Assembly: GCF_006345805.1 (NCBI RefSeq)
Contig: NC_043002.1
Location: 64,790,001-64,854,000, forward strand
Direction: 5' to 3'
DNA from: Octopus sinensis
Taxonomy: Eukaryota
DNA length: 64,000 nt
Shown here in pieces: positions 24,701-39,020 of the stretch; the stretch's first letter is position 1, and every line of letters starts with the position of its first letter. Under the pieces are notes generated by a model. That model worked only from the letters and a program-made list of their open reading frames with translations. It ran no database searches and was not told the DNA's origin. The position numbers and the translations under genes were made by a program.

Positions 24701-24703
24701 AGA

Positions 24704-24738
<35 letters not shown>

Positions 24739-24849
24739 AAAAAATTTGTAGATTTCAGCAGTCCATCATACATATATGTGTTTATGTACGTATAGGGAAT
24801 CAGGTTACTCTTTGTTATGCCCTAATTAAAACTACTAACATATTACCTT

Positions 24850-25350
24850 ACAAGACATCTGTGTTCATTTTCGTAAAAAATCTCGTTTCTAAATCCATTC
24901 TTTCCACTTTAAGAACGTAAACCACGTTATGAGAATGAGTTATTATTAGTATTGGCGTCTTTTACACCTGCTTTGCCAAGTCCCCAAATATCTCAAGAAT
25001 ATTCTTATAACTGGTAGAATCGTCAATGCCAGACTTGAAACACTAACAATCATTACAATGTTGTTAATTTCATAATATATATTATGGATAGTTTATCGAT
25101 ATTTTGTGCTGTGGTTTGTATCTTTCTGCAAAGGTATTCACATTTATGTGGAATATTGCATAAATTCTCATGATATCAGCGAATGATTTCCTGTCTAATG
25201 TTTTGTATATTGTATTATAATGACGTATAGTAGCTGCAGGTTCTAAATCCGTGGCCCACCTACGAACAATTGTTATATTAGCTCCAAAAGACCACGATCT
25301 GAATTTACCACTTCACAATAAATCTTAAAGCCGCCAGGCTTCCACTGCAG
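24850..25350 (-). mobile_element. Tc1-like transposase relic
   Basis: Minus-strand fragments resembling the VxxW, QxDxxPxHT and ENxWGxL motifs (e.g. QKDTNHST, DIWG); heavily decayed. Confidence 0.4.
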
Positions 25351-25679
25351 GCCAAAATATACCTCAATTCACTTCTTTAATCTGCTCATTATTTATTAAA
25401 TACATATTTATATAACATACTCTAACAAACACAAACGCTATCAAAAGTACCCTTACCGAGGCTTTCATAAAATTGTACTTTTACATTTTGCTTCTTAACC
25501 ACATCACAACTGCTTGTCATTCAATTTTTACATACACAAATTCACACATTAATGAAAGCATGCACATATATAGACAAGAAGTCCTCCGCAATCATACCGT
25601 TTTGAGTTCAGTTCCACTGCACTGGTACTTGGAAAAGTGTCTTCGATTATAATCCTTTATCAAATCTATGCCTCAACCT

Positions 25680-25983
25680 GGTATATCCAAGATGCTCTGA
25701 GAAATCTGAAGTTACTCTATCTAGCTTACAAATTCAGGTTTATACCTGTAATTATTGGGGCCCTGGGATATCTAACACACTGCCTAAATACCAGTGTTGA
25801 GAAGATAGGCGTCTCGAAACCAGAAAGGACAAAGTTAATTCGAAGAATACAGATCCAATCCATCACTAGAACTGTAAAAATCTGTAAAACTTTCCAGAAA
25901 TTTATCATTTAATATATATGAGCATATCTAGATATGCAACTATATTCATGAGAATACATACATAAAACATACGAATCTGCACA

Positions 25984-26017
<34 letters not shown>

Positions 26018-26035
26018 CATACATACATACATACA

Positions 26036-26069
<34 letters not shown>

Positions 26070-26180
26070 CATACATACATAAAAAGAAACCCTTTGTTGA
26101 TGTTAAATTTCCAATGAAAGAGTTTGGGATCTAGGTTAGAAAACGGCTCTTTCTCTATTGAAATATAACTAAATGATGAT
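25680..26180 (+). mobile_element. R4/Dong-like LINE 3' end (REL endonuclease C-terminus and 3'UTR with (TACA)n)
   Basis: LRNLKLLYLAYKFRFIPVIIGALGY...LIRRIQIQSITRTVKICKTF* in ORF 25637-25912. Confidence 0.65.
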
Positions 26181-26252
26181 ATACACGCATGCATACATAC
26201 ATACATACATGCATACATACATACATACATACATACATACATACTACATACA

Positions 26253-26284
<32 letters not shown>

Positions 26285-26938
26285 GTAACACGAAACATAC
26301 ATACATACATACATACATATAGTAAAACGAAACCCTGGAGAACAAAGACACAATAGCATACCATAGTACGCTGAGTATTTATACATATTAGGAGGTTGTT
26401 TTATTGGTTCTCGTTATGCTATTCTTTTTACCCATCTTCTTTGTTTACTTTCTACCTCAACAGCGAAATGGAGTAAATCTTTAATACATTAACCAAGTTT
26501 ATAATCTCCATATTATTTTCATCTTACCTTATATTTCTTATGTTAATACTGCATTATTTTCTGTTATTTCTTAACGGTATGCATTAGTAGGAAGACTTTT
26601 TTTGAATGGTGTGCATTTACTTTATTACACATGTTGATGTTTGAATTAGCGAGTATTTTGATTTGTAACAGGAGAATATAATATTATCGCTGTTTGCAGC
26701 AATCTACTTAACTACCAGTCTAATCCATCAATTTATTCTATCCGAATAACTATCCATCAATTTATTCTATCTGTCTATCTATCTACCTACATATGTATCT
26801 ATTGATCTATTAACCTACATAGCTATTTGTCTATCTCATTATATATTTATCACTCCATCAATCTATCACTCTATCTGCTTGATTATCTCTCTATGCATGT
26901 ATTATATACATATACACATATGCGTGTAAATGTGTGTG

Positions 26939-26990
<52 letters not shown>

Positions 26991-27000
26991 TACATATACA

Positions 27001-27033
<33 letters not shown>

Positions 27034-27043
27034 GCATATATAG

Positions 27044-27061
<18 letters not shown>

Positions 27062-27079
<18 letters not shown>

Positions 27080-27225
27080 CCGTGTGTATCCTCCCACTAT
27101 CGCTTAATAACCCATGTTGGTTCGTTTACGGTCCCGTAACTTAGCGGTTCGGCAGAGTGACCGATACCATGAGTACTAGACTTACAAAGAATTAGTCCTT
27201 GGGATGAATTTTCAGATTGAAACTC
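27062..27225 (+). mobile_element. SINE family B, 3' part
   Basis: cccgtaacttagcggttcggcagagtgaccgataccatgagtactag matches ~24340-24400. Confidence 0.7.
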
Positions 27226-27472
27226 GTCGAAGAATAAATGAATATATATACATTTATAAATGCATAACATATACGTATGTGTGTGTTCGTGTCTATGTCT
27301 CTGTTGACCTGAGCATATACACTTATACACATATGCATACATACACATACCGGCATCTACATAAATACATACATTTACATATATTAACCACTTTAAATAT
27401 ATGTCCAATAACATTTCGTTTATTCAAAAACTCTCTGAATATTGAATATTCACTAACGTACTTATGCACCAG

Positions 27473-27524
27473 TTTATAAATTCTGGGAAGAAAATGTGAA
27501 ACTGTTCTTAAAAAAAAAATACGG
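27473..27524 (+). CDS. Candidate 52-nt exon (TT+YKFWEENVKLFLKKKY+GG)
   Basis: Branch-point-like CACTAAC 27451-27457; AG at 27471-27472; strong donor CGG|GTAAGT; one open frame. It contains an A10 run, which counts against it. Confidence 0.25.
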
Positions 27525-28334
27525 GTAAGTGTAATTAACTTTAAAGTTCATTAAATATAATTAAAGATGTTGACGTCTAGACAGATATTTATCATCTTCG
27601 ATTTTGTTGTATATTTCATATATGGTCGCTTTTGTTATTATTGTATACTGTTTGGCAATTTTGTTCGTTAGTTATGTTTTCTGTGTTTGTTATTACTTTT
27701 GACCTTATCTTATTTCTTTTCCTTGGAATCAATTATGATGTATACTTACCTATTTTACATTTCTAAGGTCAATATCTTTTTCTTCATGGTTAATGATGCA
27801 TTGCCTCAGTTTTGGAGGACCGCGTTGGAGTCTTCAATCTCCCGCGGTTCTATTTTTGTATAAGCCGTCGAATTTCCAATTGATCTGGGATCGACAGTTA
27901 CACAGAGGCAACGAATCATTCAAATATTTCAATAATGTTTTTTTCTTTTTATTTTAAATACCCACTGAATACTCTTTATCTTCAATATATTATAACCAAG
28001 ATCAAATTGTACAACATATTGTCCATACGTACAAAGTAACGCACACACATAATCACACACATGCATGCACATATTGTATGTGTGCGTGTCCATACATATA
28101 TACACGCAAATAAAGTTCAAATTGTACAACATATTATACATACACTCAAACACACATACTCACACATGCACATATCATATATATGCGTGTGTACATACTG
28201 ATATACACGCATGTGTAAACACATACATGTATAGATTCAAACACACACACACAAACGCCATTCACGTTCATCTGTAGATTATTGACTACGTTTAAGCCAA
28301 TATTTGTCTTAAACTGTGTCACAAGCCGACCAGT

Positions 28335-28850
28335 TCGATACACAGTGCTTAACTGATATTTCTTCTATCGACAGGATGAAAGATAAAGTCAACCTCGTGG
28401 GAATTGAACTCTAAACGTAAAGACGAATGAAAAGCTGCGAAGCAATTTGCTTGGTGCGATAACGATTCTCCCAGCTCGCCTTCTTATACTGCACTCAATA
28501 TTAGTATCAAATTTTGGCTCCAGACCGGAATGGATAAGGAAATTATATCGACCCAAGTCAAGAGCAGAATTGATAAGGCAATTACAGAATGTGACAAAAT
28601 AGTTAAGGCAATAACAGAAAGTGGCAGAATAGGTAAGACAATTAGATCGACCTCACTGCCTAAATGGCACTTATGCCAACGACCCCGAAATATGAAAGTC
28701 ATAGTCGAACTCGGCTCAACTGGTTTTTATTTTATCGCTCACGTACAGAGCAAAAGTCTAAGTCAATCGCGATGGAATTTGAACTCAGAACGTAAAGCCA
28801 GACGAAATGCCACTAAGCATTTTGCCTGGTGTGCTAAAGATTATGTTATC
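28335..28850 (-). mobile_element. Two degenerate SINE family A copies flanking a 30-bp minisatellite
   Basis: Reverse family A bodies and heads at ~28335-28482 and ~28690-28850. Confidence 0.7.
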
Positions 28851-30766
28851 TCCCTGCTTTAAGCTTACCTCAATGTTAAAACGTATACTATCGCATTTCC
28901 TTGTTTCTTAAAAATCTACATATTTTTATTGACTACTTTTCCGCGTAGGAATTGAAAGTAGCTACACTAATATCTCAAGTGACTGAGAACCATTTTTTTA
29001 CGGGAGAAAAGGGGCTTCTTTAGTCTAACAGTTCAAGGTAATTCTAACTGACGAGATACAATATGATGCCGAAAGACAAGTGTCTAGTGTATCACTTGCA
29101 CTGCTGAGGCGAGCATGATATGAGTATATTGTCGATAAAAGGAGTTGTCTTTCTGTGATGTACACAAAAGTGACTACCATATGTTATTAAAATATGCCAG
29201 AATGATATATTTTGAAGCAAATATTTACCTACACCTAAGGCCGTAAATATCTTGCTTATGTTTAGATATTATAACTAAAGGGATTTCAAGGACGAGCATA
29301 TTAACATGTAGACTTGCTATGCTAGCCTAAGCCAGCCTAAGACAAGCTTAAATAAAACTCCATAATATAATGTAGCAACACACTAAATATATGCGCCATA
29401 CTTACATATCTATAGCCGATGTCTCTTTGTCAAAGGTGTAAGAGAACCCTGTTGAATAAATTGTCTTAGCAATAATATTATTTTCCACGCGTGGAACAGA
29501 ACTTCTATCTTATATATTCTGGATGTCGGGATCCCATCCTCACCAAGTGTTGTAATGTAATGTTGATAACGCACTGTTTTCTTAAAATATAACCATTGTT
29601 TAATAAGCTTGTATGGAAGAGACCAAGTATTTTTAAATCAGTTTGAAAAGCCAGCGCATATGACAGCTGATGTTAAGTACCATCATATAAATAAATGTGG
29701 CATTTTGGAGAAAAATGTTTCCGTATTACACCTAAAAACAGTAAGAATTCTCGTAGATAGCAACATTTTAATATGTCCTGTCTATCACAGCTAAATCGAC
29801 GTTAAACAATAACAACTACAAAATTCAGCAGCTAATTATGTTTAAAGAATCGATACCTAGATACATACTCTCGGGACATGGTTATTTACTTACATATTTA
29901 ACATTAGTGATATTTACGGTTGACATTTTAATTATTTTCTGTATTTGTGTCTATTCAAGGTTTTGCTCAAATGAATGACAAGATAAATATCTATTTCTAC
30001 CTCTGCAGCGATAGAGACAAACCGTTGATCGATTTATCGATCTCACTCGTAGCAATTGATATTTAAGCAGCCATATCAACAGCAGGGGAATGGAGGTGGA
30101 TTTTGGCCGTATATTCTATTCGTATTGACTTTAGATAGATACATGAAGTAGCCACCTTGAGAGTTGAAACTTGGTCGTCCACAATGATAGACTGAGCTAG
30201 ACTGCAGTACAAGAACAATATGTTCTGTATTTAGGATATATTACGTATAGTCCGGTTTAGAAAAATTTGATGCATTTACCATACATGGAGGTCGGGATAT
30301 TCTGTAGCTTGAAAAGTGTTATGAAAATATCGTTTATAAAACTGAACACACATAACAGAGAATAAAAGGAGACAAATATGAGGAAATCAAAATGAAATCA
30401 ACAAACATAAAACAAACACAAAGGAAACACAAAGGAAACTGGGAGAGGAAGCTAAAGATAATAAGCTGAAGACGATTAGAATCATAAAAGTAATATCGTT
30501 ATGATAGGACCAGTACTGATCAGCAAAGAGCTTGCTCGCTGAGTTTCTAAAAAGAACTAGTAGCTTTTTGGGCTCAAAGACCTGATTACTTCTGGACATC
30601 TAGACTGAGATGTCTAGATTTACTTTCATCAATAAGAAGCTGGTGTGATGACCCTGTTGTCGTAAAAAGGAATGTTTGTTCTTTGACACACTCAAGTACG
30701 ACTAGCATATTTGCATTGGAATATGCCAAAACATAATAAGGATAAATATGTAAATTATCGTTTCAG

Positions 30767-30872
30767 ATCTCCCTGTACACAGTGCAAAAAACGATTTTTT
30801 TATCAGTTGGCAGATGCCATCGCTGATCAGCAAACAGTTTTGTTTCCTGAGTTTGTTAAGTCTCACTGGTTC
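30767..30872 (+). CDS. Candidate exon (A+SPCTQCKKRFFYQLADAIADQQTVLFPEFVKSHWF)
   Basis: Acceptor aattatcgtttcag; open frame; FVKSxW resembles the TIR alphaC motif; donor TTC|GTGAAG is weak. Confidence 0.2.
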
Positions 30873-31735
30873 GTGAAGATCTGACTGAAGAGACACAGCA
30901 TATCGAAACACCGGTGTGTAGAGTCCATTGCATCGATGAATCGAGTTCGTTATAAACACTTTGTCGCATAAGTGAAGATGTGAGGAACACAGAAGCGATT
31001 GGTTTATTTGCGTTCAAAAATTATTTGCATTTAAAAATTATGTATGCAAAATATCGATTGAGATCTCGCTGTCCTCAGTGAAAATAAGTATTGTTTTGAT
31101 TTTGTCATAATACTTTCTAACCTCATTGTAAAACGATATCAATAAATGTTATTAAATTTGCCGATAAAGAATGTTTTTGATTAAAGAAGATAATAAAAAA
31201 AGAAATACTGTATTTAATGTGCAACCTTTGAAATGCAGATGCATCAGTTTATTGTATTTAAAATGACACTGGGAACGAAGTGTTTACTACAGAAAGTAAC
31301 AAACATTTAAAATGAAACAGAATGAAACTACGAACGGTAGAATGGGACATTTCAAGGAAGCAATATGTCACTATAAACTGACATATCTGTGGCGATCTAG
31401 TGAAGGATTGAATGAAATGTATTACAATATAGAATAGAAGGCACAAGATCCCACGCATAACAGATTTTACAGAAATAACAAAAAATAGGTTTGTCCTCCT
31501 GAGATGTGCATCATCATAGATATACTTCACACATATACGGGGAAGGATACCTCTCGTTCGATGTCCAACTTCAATGGTCGATAATATATATTTAAGTTTT
31601 ATATATAGGTATCATCTAAATAGAGAGTCATAGAAATTGTGATAATCACAATTTAGGGGCTGCAAACAAGCAATTTCCATAATATTAAGATAATAAGGGC
31701 TTTTAGGACCATGATAAATATTCATATATATGAAT

Positions 31736-31799
<64 letters not shown>

Positions 31800-32547
31800 C
31801 TATATATGTGTGTGGTGTGTGTGTGTGTGCGTGTATACGTGCGTGTGTATGTATGTATGTATCTATGTATCTATGTTTGTATATGTATGTATAGAAGAAA
31901 AAATAATGATGGTAATTGCTTTATTTACTATCTGTGTAAGATCAATAATATACGGTAAACAGAATATTATATAATAAATCAAATCGAAATAACTGAGTAT
32001 AATTGGCTTGCATGTGGATGTAAATATATCACGTATACTGAATATAATATTCAATAAGAGAATGAATAAATGAAAATATATTAAAAAGAAACGTATTTGA
32101 ATGATGCGTAAGGTAGAAATTTAATATCTATCTTCCCATCAGCTAGAAATAAATATATTATATAGTGGAAAGATATTTCTTTCCAAAGGTTATCATATGA
32201 TCCACCCACTATTCACCAATAACAAGCCAACGTACCACGCTGATTCATATTTATTTTTGTAGTGAGGCTAGTTATCTTTTTTCAAAGGCGTAATGCCCGG
32301 ATCTAAAGAGAGTCAATCTGACCTAAAATGTTTGGAGGGTTTTTGAGCAAGAAATTCTATAAAACCATAAAATACGAACGAATAAAAACAGACAAAAAAA
32401 CTGTACGGAAATGGCAGCTACAATTGTACACATTAACGCGAAATACTGCCATAAAAAAAATACAACCTAAAGGAAATTATGTGAAATAGCTATGCAGCAA
32501 AAGATGGAGATAAGGAAACAAAAGTGGATTTCGCAACAATAGTACAA

Positions 32548-32602
<55 letters not shown>

Positions 32603-32631
32603 ATATATATATATATAAATATATATATATC

Positions 32632-32668
<37 letters not shown>

Positions 32669-32719
32669 TAAACATACATACATACATACATATATATATA
32701 CATATGCATATATATTTAC

Positions 32720-32761
<42 letters not shown>

Positions 32762-33042
32762 CACATTGAATAATGACTGTGTAGGTGTATTGGTGTGTGT
32801 GTGTATGTTGTCCACTCTCTTAATCGGATTGTGTGAACAGTGGTGTGTGAAATCCGGGGACTGATACTAAACAAGAAATAGAAAACGAACGAGTAAATCA
32901 CCTTGAATGGAAACTACACCTTTCACAACATTGAATATTTCTACATCATTAAACAGAAAATAGTGGCTGGTTGGTATTTTGAGGCGGCAAAAAATTTAAC
33001 CAACCATCCAAAACTAAGTTGATATATACTCGAAGTATAAAT

Positions 33043-33079
<37 letters not shown>

Positions 33080-33349
33080 GCACACTCACACACACACACA
33101 TATATATATATATATAAATATATATATATCAATATATATATCAATATACAAGCATTTTTAAGCCATATAAATGATAGTATCTGTTAGATAAGTATATATA
33201 CATATATATATACATATGCATAATATTTACATATACATATATATATATATAATATAATATATATATATAATATAATATATATATATATATATTATATATA
33301 TAATATATTATATATATATATATATGATTGTTTGCATTTCACCGTTCAG

Positions 33350-33376
33350 TCACTATCGGGATTTTCTCGTGAGAGA
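33350..33376 (+). CDS. Candidate 27-nt micro-exon (T+HYRDFLVR+GA, or SLSGFSRER)
   Basis: Acceptor ttgtttgcatttcaccgttcag; donor AGA|GTGAGT. Confidence 0.25.
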
Positions 33377-34099
33377 GTGAGTGTTTTAGGAGGTAATTTT
33401 ATAGTTTCAGTTAATTGTACGGGTATATATTTATCAGAGTATGCACCATTGTGCTTTGCAGTATGTCTAAGTATGTATGTACGTATGTGGGTACATGGAG
33501 AAACACCTTACATAAGGTAGTGTATGAAATGTGAAGATAACGCAATTAGCAAACGTATACACACATACATACGTGCGAAATTGTGCACATACATCGATGT
33601 TTCTCTAAGGATATTATATATGTGTGTGGATGTGTATATTAGAATAAATACATACACGTATATATACTCCAACGGACGGTACATATACTTGCATAAGAAG
33701 GTATAGTCGTATTTTTCTGCAGACGTTCGTGCCTATGTGTCCGTGTATGATAGGTGGTTACGCTATTGGACTCAAAAAAGTTTTATGTATGATTCGTGAT
33801 CCTGTTGAAGCCGCTATAAGGATTTTCTTTTGAATTTCTTCGTCCTCTTCATCTACGAATCCTATGTGCTAAGCAAAATGCTATTTTCTTATCGACATCT
33901 CTGCCCACAGCGTCATTTTAACTGGCTTACCCCATTAATGACCCTTTGATCCTGTGATATATTCTAGTGCATATTGCAATTTTTACCTATTCTTTGTAGG
34001 TATACATGCACGTATAGGGCTAGTAAATTTTGTAAGCAAATCACTTTTCATATATAAATATACAAACTCGCATCCACATCTTCTTCACAGAGCATAGAT

Positions 34100-34670
34100 T
34101 TGGTAAATAAGTCTTTGATTTATGAGACATGATCTGTTGGAATATGTTCTGTCTTTCTACCGGATGCGGGAGGGCAAAGTATAAGACGATATACATATAT
34201 AGGCGACTACATAGGCACAAAAATTCTTTGCAAAAGTGTTCCGCATGTACGGTTAAGTACACAGCCATCATAGAGAGTGATGCAAATGGGATCTGCCCGC
34301 AATCTAGGAATAAATCCTGAAACAGCACAAAAAGGACAGAAAAATGATAAAGCCAACTTATGGTATGAAAACCAAAAACACCAGTGTCATGTTCAGAAAA
34401 GCATTAGATAAGTTCACTCAACGGATTAAAGTAGTAGAAAGGCCTGGTGCCCCTATAAAATCCCTGAACTGTAGAACTTATACATCCAACAGGTCCACTT
34501 GTACGGAAAACAATTGTATTGTATATACGATAAATCTTGACTGTAAGGTTAAGGATATCGTGTATAGCTTACAATGTTCCAAGGACGGTGCAGAAGCATG
34601 ACAACGACTTGCATTGCAGAGACATCACGCAGCATAGGAGAGCGTATGGTTCTGGGTATTACGCTTCCTC
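34100..34670 (+). mobile_element. Penelope-like element fragment (linker + GIY-YIG)
   Basis: IKVVERPGAPIK...C....C....DCKVKDIVYSLQC (ORF 34344-34601), then TTCIAETSRSIGERM (34598-34648). Confidence 0.65.
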
Positions 34671-34777
34671 GGTACTGGTTATACCTATCTGCTAGACATA
34701 GTAGTTGTTCGTCCTAGTTCGGAATATATATATATAAAGCGACACAACTGTTGGTATTGCATAAATATATATGAATA

Positions 34778-34880
34778 TGTGGAGGCGCAATGGCCCAGCG
34801 GTTAGGGCAGCGGACTCGCGGTCGTAGGATCGCGGTTTCGATTCCCAGACCGGACGTTGTGAGTGTTTATTGAGCGAAAT
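34778..34880 (+). mobile_element. SINE family C head
   Basis: ggaggcgcaatggcccagcggttagggcagcggactcgcgg...gtttcgattccc; matches 63538 onward. Confidence 0.8.
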
Positions 34881-35093
34881 ATATGGGTCTGTATATGTAT
34901 ATATGTTGCATGTATGTAGATTACAATTCTGCTTACCATTAGAGAAAGAGCTGGTTTCTTACACAGATGCAAGTATTTTCATTGGAATTTAGACAACATC
35001 AATAGGGTATTTGTGCATGTATGTGTGTGTGTGTGCATTATTTAGAGTTCGTGCATATGTAGATTTGTATCTTCTGTTTTAAGTTTTCCCATG

Positions 35094-35172
<79 letters not shown>

Positions 35173-36559
35173 ATATAAGTACATACACATCTATGTATAT
35201 ATGTGTGTGTATGTATGTACCAATGTATGTATTAGACACATCTGTGCTCTTTCTCTTCAGCTTTTATGTTTGATTTTTCAGACATCCATGATGTTCTTCT
35301 AGTTTCACGTTGACGACATTATAATGATGAATAATTGCATCACCTTATTCTGGACATTCATGGTATCATTCTGTGAATGACAGGTGTACAACACTGACTT
35401 ATTAATTGTCACCTTTTCATGCCAGGCTACTAATCATAGCATAGTTGACAAATTTTATATTCGTTTCGCTATGGACACCAAATGATATTCATAGATTATT
35501 ACTAATGTGTGTGTGTGTGTGTGTATGTGTTATTTTTCAAAGACGACCACACTAGTCTGCAAAGGATATAGGCATGTATGCGTATAGTAATTAGTTTCTG
35601 TTTTAGAAAGAATTAATCTAGCGAAGGAAAAAGAACAAGATTACTTTTCAAAAGTTTCTAAGTCCGACAGGACAACGATAGAGAGTTAGAAAAGGAGAAA
35701 GACAGAGAAAACGAGAGGGAGAGACGGAGGAATGTAAAGCTATCTAGACTGTGACTTACGAACCAACAAGCTGGAAGATATAGAGTAATGGAGAAGGAGA
35801 GTGATGCAGAAACGTGAGCAAGCTCGAAGATATTGTTCTCTGGATAATGAATTAAAGAAAGTGAGAGAAAAAAAGAGAGAAAAACAACATGCAATTTTTT
35901 CTCTTTTTCTTTAATTCAATACCCAGAGAATTATATCTTGCTCACGTTTCTCTATCTCTCTTGCTCTACTCATCCCCCAAACACCACCAGATCAACCAAA
36001 TTATTTGTGGGAATTGCTGCGTACTGCAAGGTTGCGTCCCAAAAAGTCAGGTCGCTCACGGTGCTATTAGTCGCGCTAGTTCGCTAATGGTAACATGTAA
36101 CCCAGTACAACCTGTTACAAGATCGGGTCGTCTCTGACTATACTGGTAACCCCTCCAGGCTTAGTTGGTGAGGAAGGTAATTGTTGAATACCCTGCGGGA
36201 CGAAAATTAAAACTTCTCATAAAGGGAGGAGGAACTCATGAGTAATCAACGTCCATCCAACTATATGTGTATGTGTATATATATATTTTTCTTTTCTTAA
36301 ATTTGATGTATTTAATTCCATATATTAGGGGGCAGATGGGGCTCCTTAACAGTCGTGAAGGCATCCCATCCATGTGAGGGAAACTGGTATAAAACCTTTC
36401 TCTTGCTATCAGTACTACAAAGAAGTGTGGCTAGTTCTACACAAGCCTTCAACACTCATATCAAATCCTAGATATGGGTTTTCTGACAATTTACATTTAT
36501 TCATTCGAAATGGCCAATCTTCAAATTTCAGGAATCGAAAAGTCTTCTGGTGAGAGAGT

Positions 36560-38812
36560 GAAAGCGGCAGGGACAGGTAAAGGATATTACTGGAAGTCTC
36601 TTACTGGTTCTCTACACAATCGGCAAACTTTTGTTGATGGCCGTTCTAGCACAGAACCTGCGAGTAGGTGTGCTGTCCGTGTCATCCAGTGATGATAAAG
36701 CACTGCTTTCCTCAATAGAGGAAGGACGAGAAAAGGAGCCCAAATGTTGCTTACTCACCTCAAACTTGGCAGCCCGCTGCAGCTGTCTCGTTATTCAGTA
36801 ACGCATTCCAAACATGAAGAGATCTAAGAATATTAACTTTGGTTTTGGAATGTGCGCTCTCTCCAAGATAGTCACTCAGCACCAGAACGAAAAACAGCAC
36901 CGGTTGCCCTTGACCTAAAGAAATACAACTTTGGTATAGCTGCACTCAGTGAAACTCGTCTTGCAGGATCATGACAGTTAGAAGTAAATGTGAATACGTA
37001 TTTCTCTGGTGTGGGAGAACTGAAAACGAGCCACGCCACTTTGGTGTTGGTGTTGCTATCAAAACAGCAATAGCTAGATCCCTTCTTTCTCTACCCAACG
37101 ATATTTCTAATCGCATCATGACATAACTTTTGAACTTGATCACAAATTTTGTGCTATGCATGTCAGCTGCTCTACCCCACCCATGGCCATCACCGAGTAG
37201 GAAAAGGATGAATTTTACAAACATAATATCATCGCCAGTTGTCACAACAGGGATAAACTTATCCTTATGGGCGTTTTTAACGTGTTGGTACTGACTATGA
37301 GGTATGGATGGGTGTACTTGGTCGCCATGGTGTAGTTTGAAGGAACTCCATCGGTCTGCTTGTGCTTTCTAACTGTAGGGAATTCAGTCTAAGCATCGCA
37401 TTTACTGTTTTTCAACAGCTAAATTGTTGCAAGACCACCTGGATGCATCTTAGATCAAAGGATTTGCATTTCATACACTATGTTATCACTCAGAAACGAG
37501 AGATATTACGTATTTTAACATTACGCGTTCCTTTCATAAAACCTGCTATCTCTCTGACCATTCTCTTCTCTGTAGCAAGGCTACGTTCCATCTGAAACAC
37601 ACAAGACTACAAAAGTCATGAGTGCCTAAGCGCAGTAAAGTTCTGCTTTTGAAAACTGTTTCACAGCAGGCTGAGCTCTCTATCAAGATGGACATTGCAC
37701 TCAACACTGTTGATATCAATGATGACATAGAATCAACTTAGAATATTCTGCGTGATGCAACGCACACCGCATCGATGGAGATTCTTGGACTTCCTGTTCG
37801 TAAACATCAAGATTGGTTCAATGATAAAAGCACAAATGTCCAACAGCTGATAGATAAAATGCACATCTCTCACAAAACATGGATAAATGATGAGAGCTCA
37901 TCCAGAAAAGAGAATGCATACAAGAAATGCAGAGATGCCAGAGCCAACGTCCTCTAAGACAAATGAAGGAGGCTTCGTGGTCTTTCAAGGCTACTGAACT
38001 GCAAGAAGCTGCAAGCAGGTAGCATTCGAAATCTTTTTATGAAAGCCTCATGAAAGTGTACGGTCCTCAAGATCACGGTGTTAATCCTATGTTTTCATCG
38101 AATAGAAAGACACTTCTGAGTGGCAAATCTGTCATCCTGACACGATGCAAAGAACATTTCGAAGCCGTGTCGAACTCCACTTCAGTCACTAATGAAGACG
38201 TCATAATGTCTATTCCACAGCACACTGAAATACTGGAACTGTCTCTGGAGTCAATTTTCCTGGAGTGGTAAACTCTATTAAATAGACCTCTTCTGGTAAA
38301 GTTCTGGTAGGGATGCTGTCCGTCCAGAAATCTAAAAGCACGGTGGACAAAAGCTTTCTAAGAAACTGCATGACTTCTTGAATACACATTTGTATGGTAG
38401 GCTTCAAGGATGCCTCAATTCAAAACCCTTATAAGAACAAAGGAAACAGAAGTGTTTGTGATAAACATCGTGGAATATTGCTTCTGTCTACTGCTGGTAA
38501 GATTCTTGCTCGACTCATTCTCGACAGGATCATCAAACAGGTTGTAAAATATATCTATCCAGAATCATAGTGCAGATTTCGCTCTGGAGGTGAAACTATC
38601 AACAAGAACTGCTCCATTCGATAGGTCATAGAGAAGGTACGTGAGAAAAATCAAGCGTTGTTTTTGATATACATTGATCTTTCTAAGGCCTTCGACATTG
38701 TTAACCGGCAACATAATGGGAAGTTCTGAAAAAGCTTGATATTCCTGACAAGTTGTTGAATGTTTTTATTTCCTTTCATAAGGGAATGAAGGCTGCTGTG
38801 GTATCTGACGAA
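36560..38812 (+). mobile_element. RTE (BovB-like) LINE relic: 5'UTR, APE endonuclease and first half of RT
   Basis: WNVRSL, IAALSETRLAG, HRGILLLSTAGKILAR, YIDLSKAFD; many stops and frameshifts; breaks off at ~38812. Confidence 0.9.
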
Positions 38813-38956
38813 ATTTTATTAATAATGAGACAATTTTAATATTTAGGCAAATTCTTTCGTAACTTAAAAACATGTAAATAATTTATATTGTTATATTTAA
38901 TAATACATTAATTACTTACATGCCTGCATTATTACAAAATGCAAAAAATTCATTCA

Positions 38957-38964
<8 letters not shown>

Positions 38965-39020
<56 letters not shown>
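38965..39020. repeat. (TG)n microsatellite
   Basis: Directly visible. Confidence 0.95.

Noticed and set aside
29048-29086. CTGACGA...GAAA-GAC-AAGT-GTC-TA hammerhead-like motif
   Set aside because: Stem III is plausible, but stems I and II do not pair.
34778-34850. tRNA genes here and at 63541-63612
   Set aside because: No closed cloverleaf or acceptor stem, aberrant B box, and followed by a SINE body.
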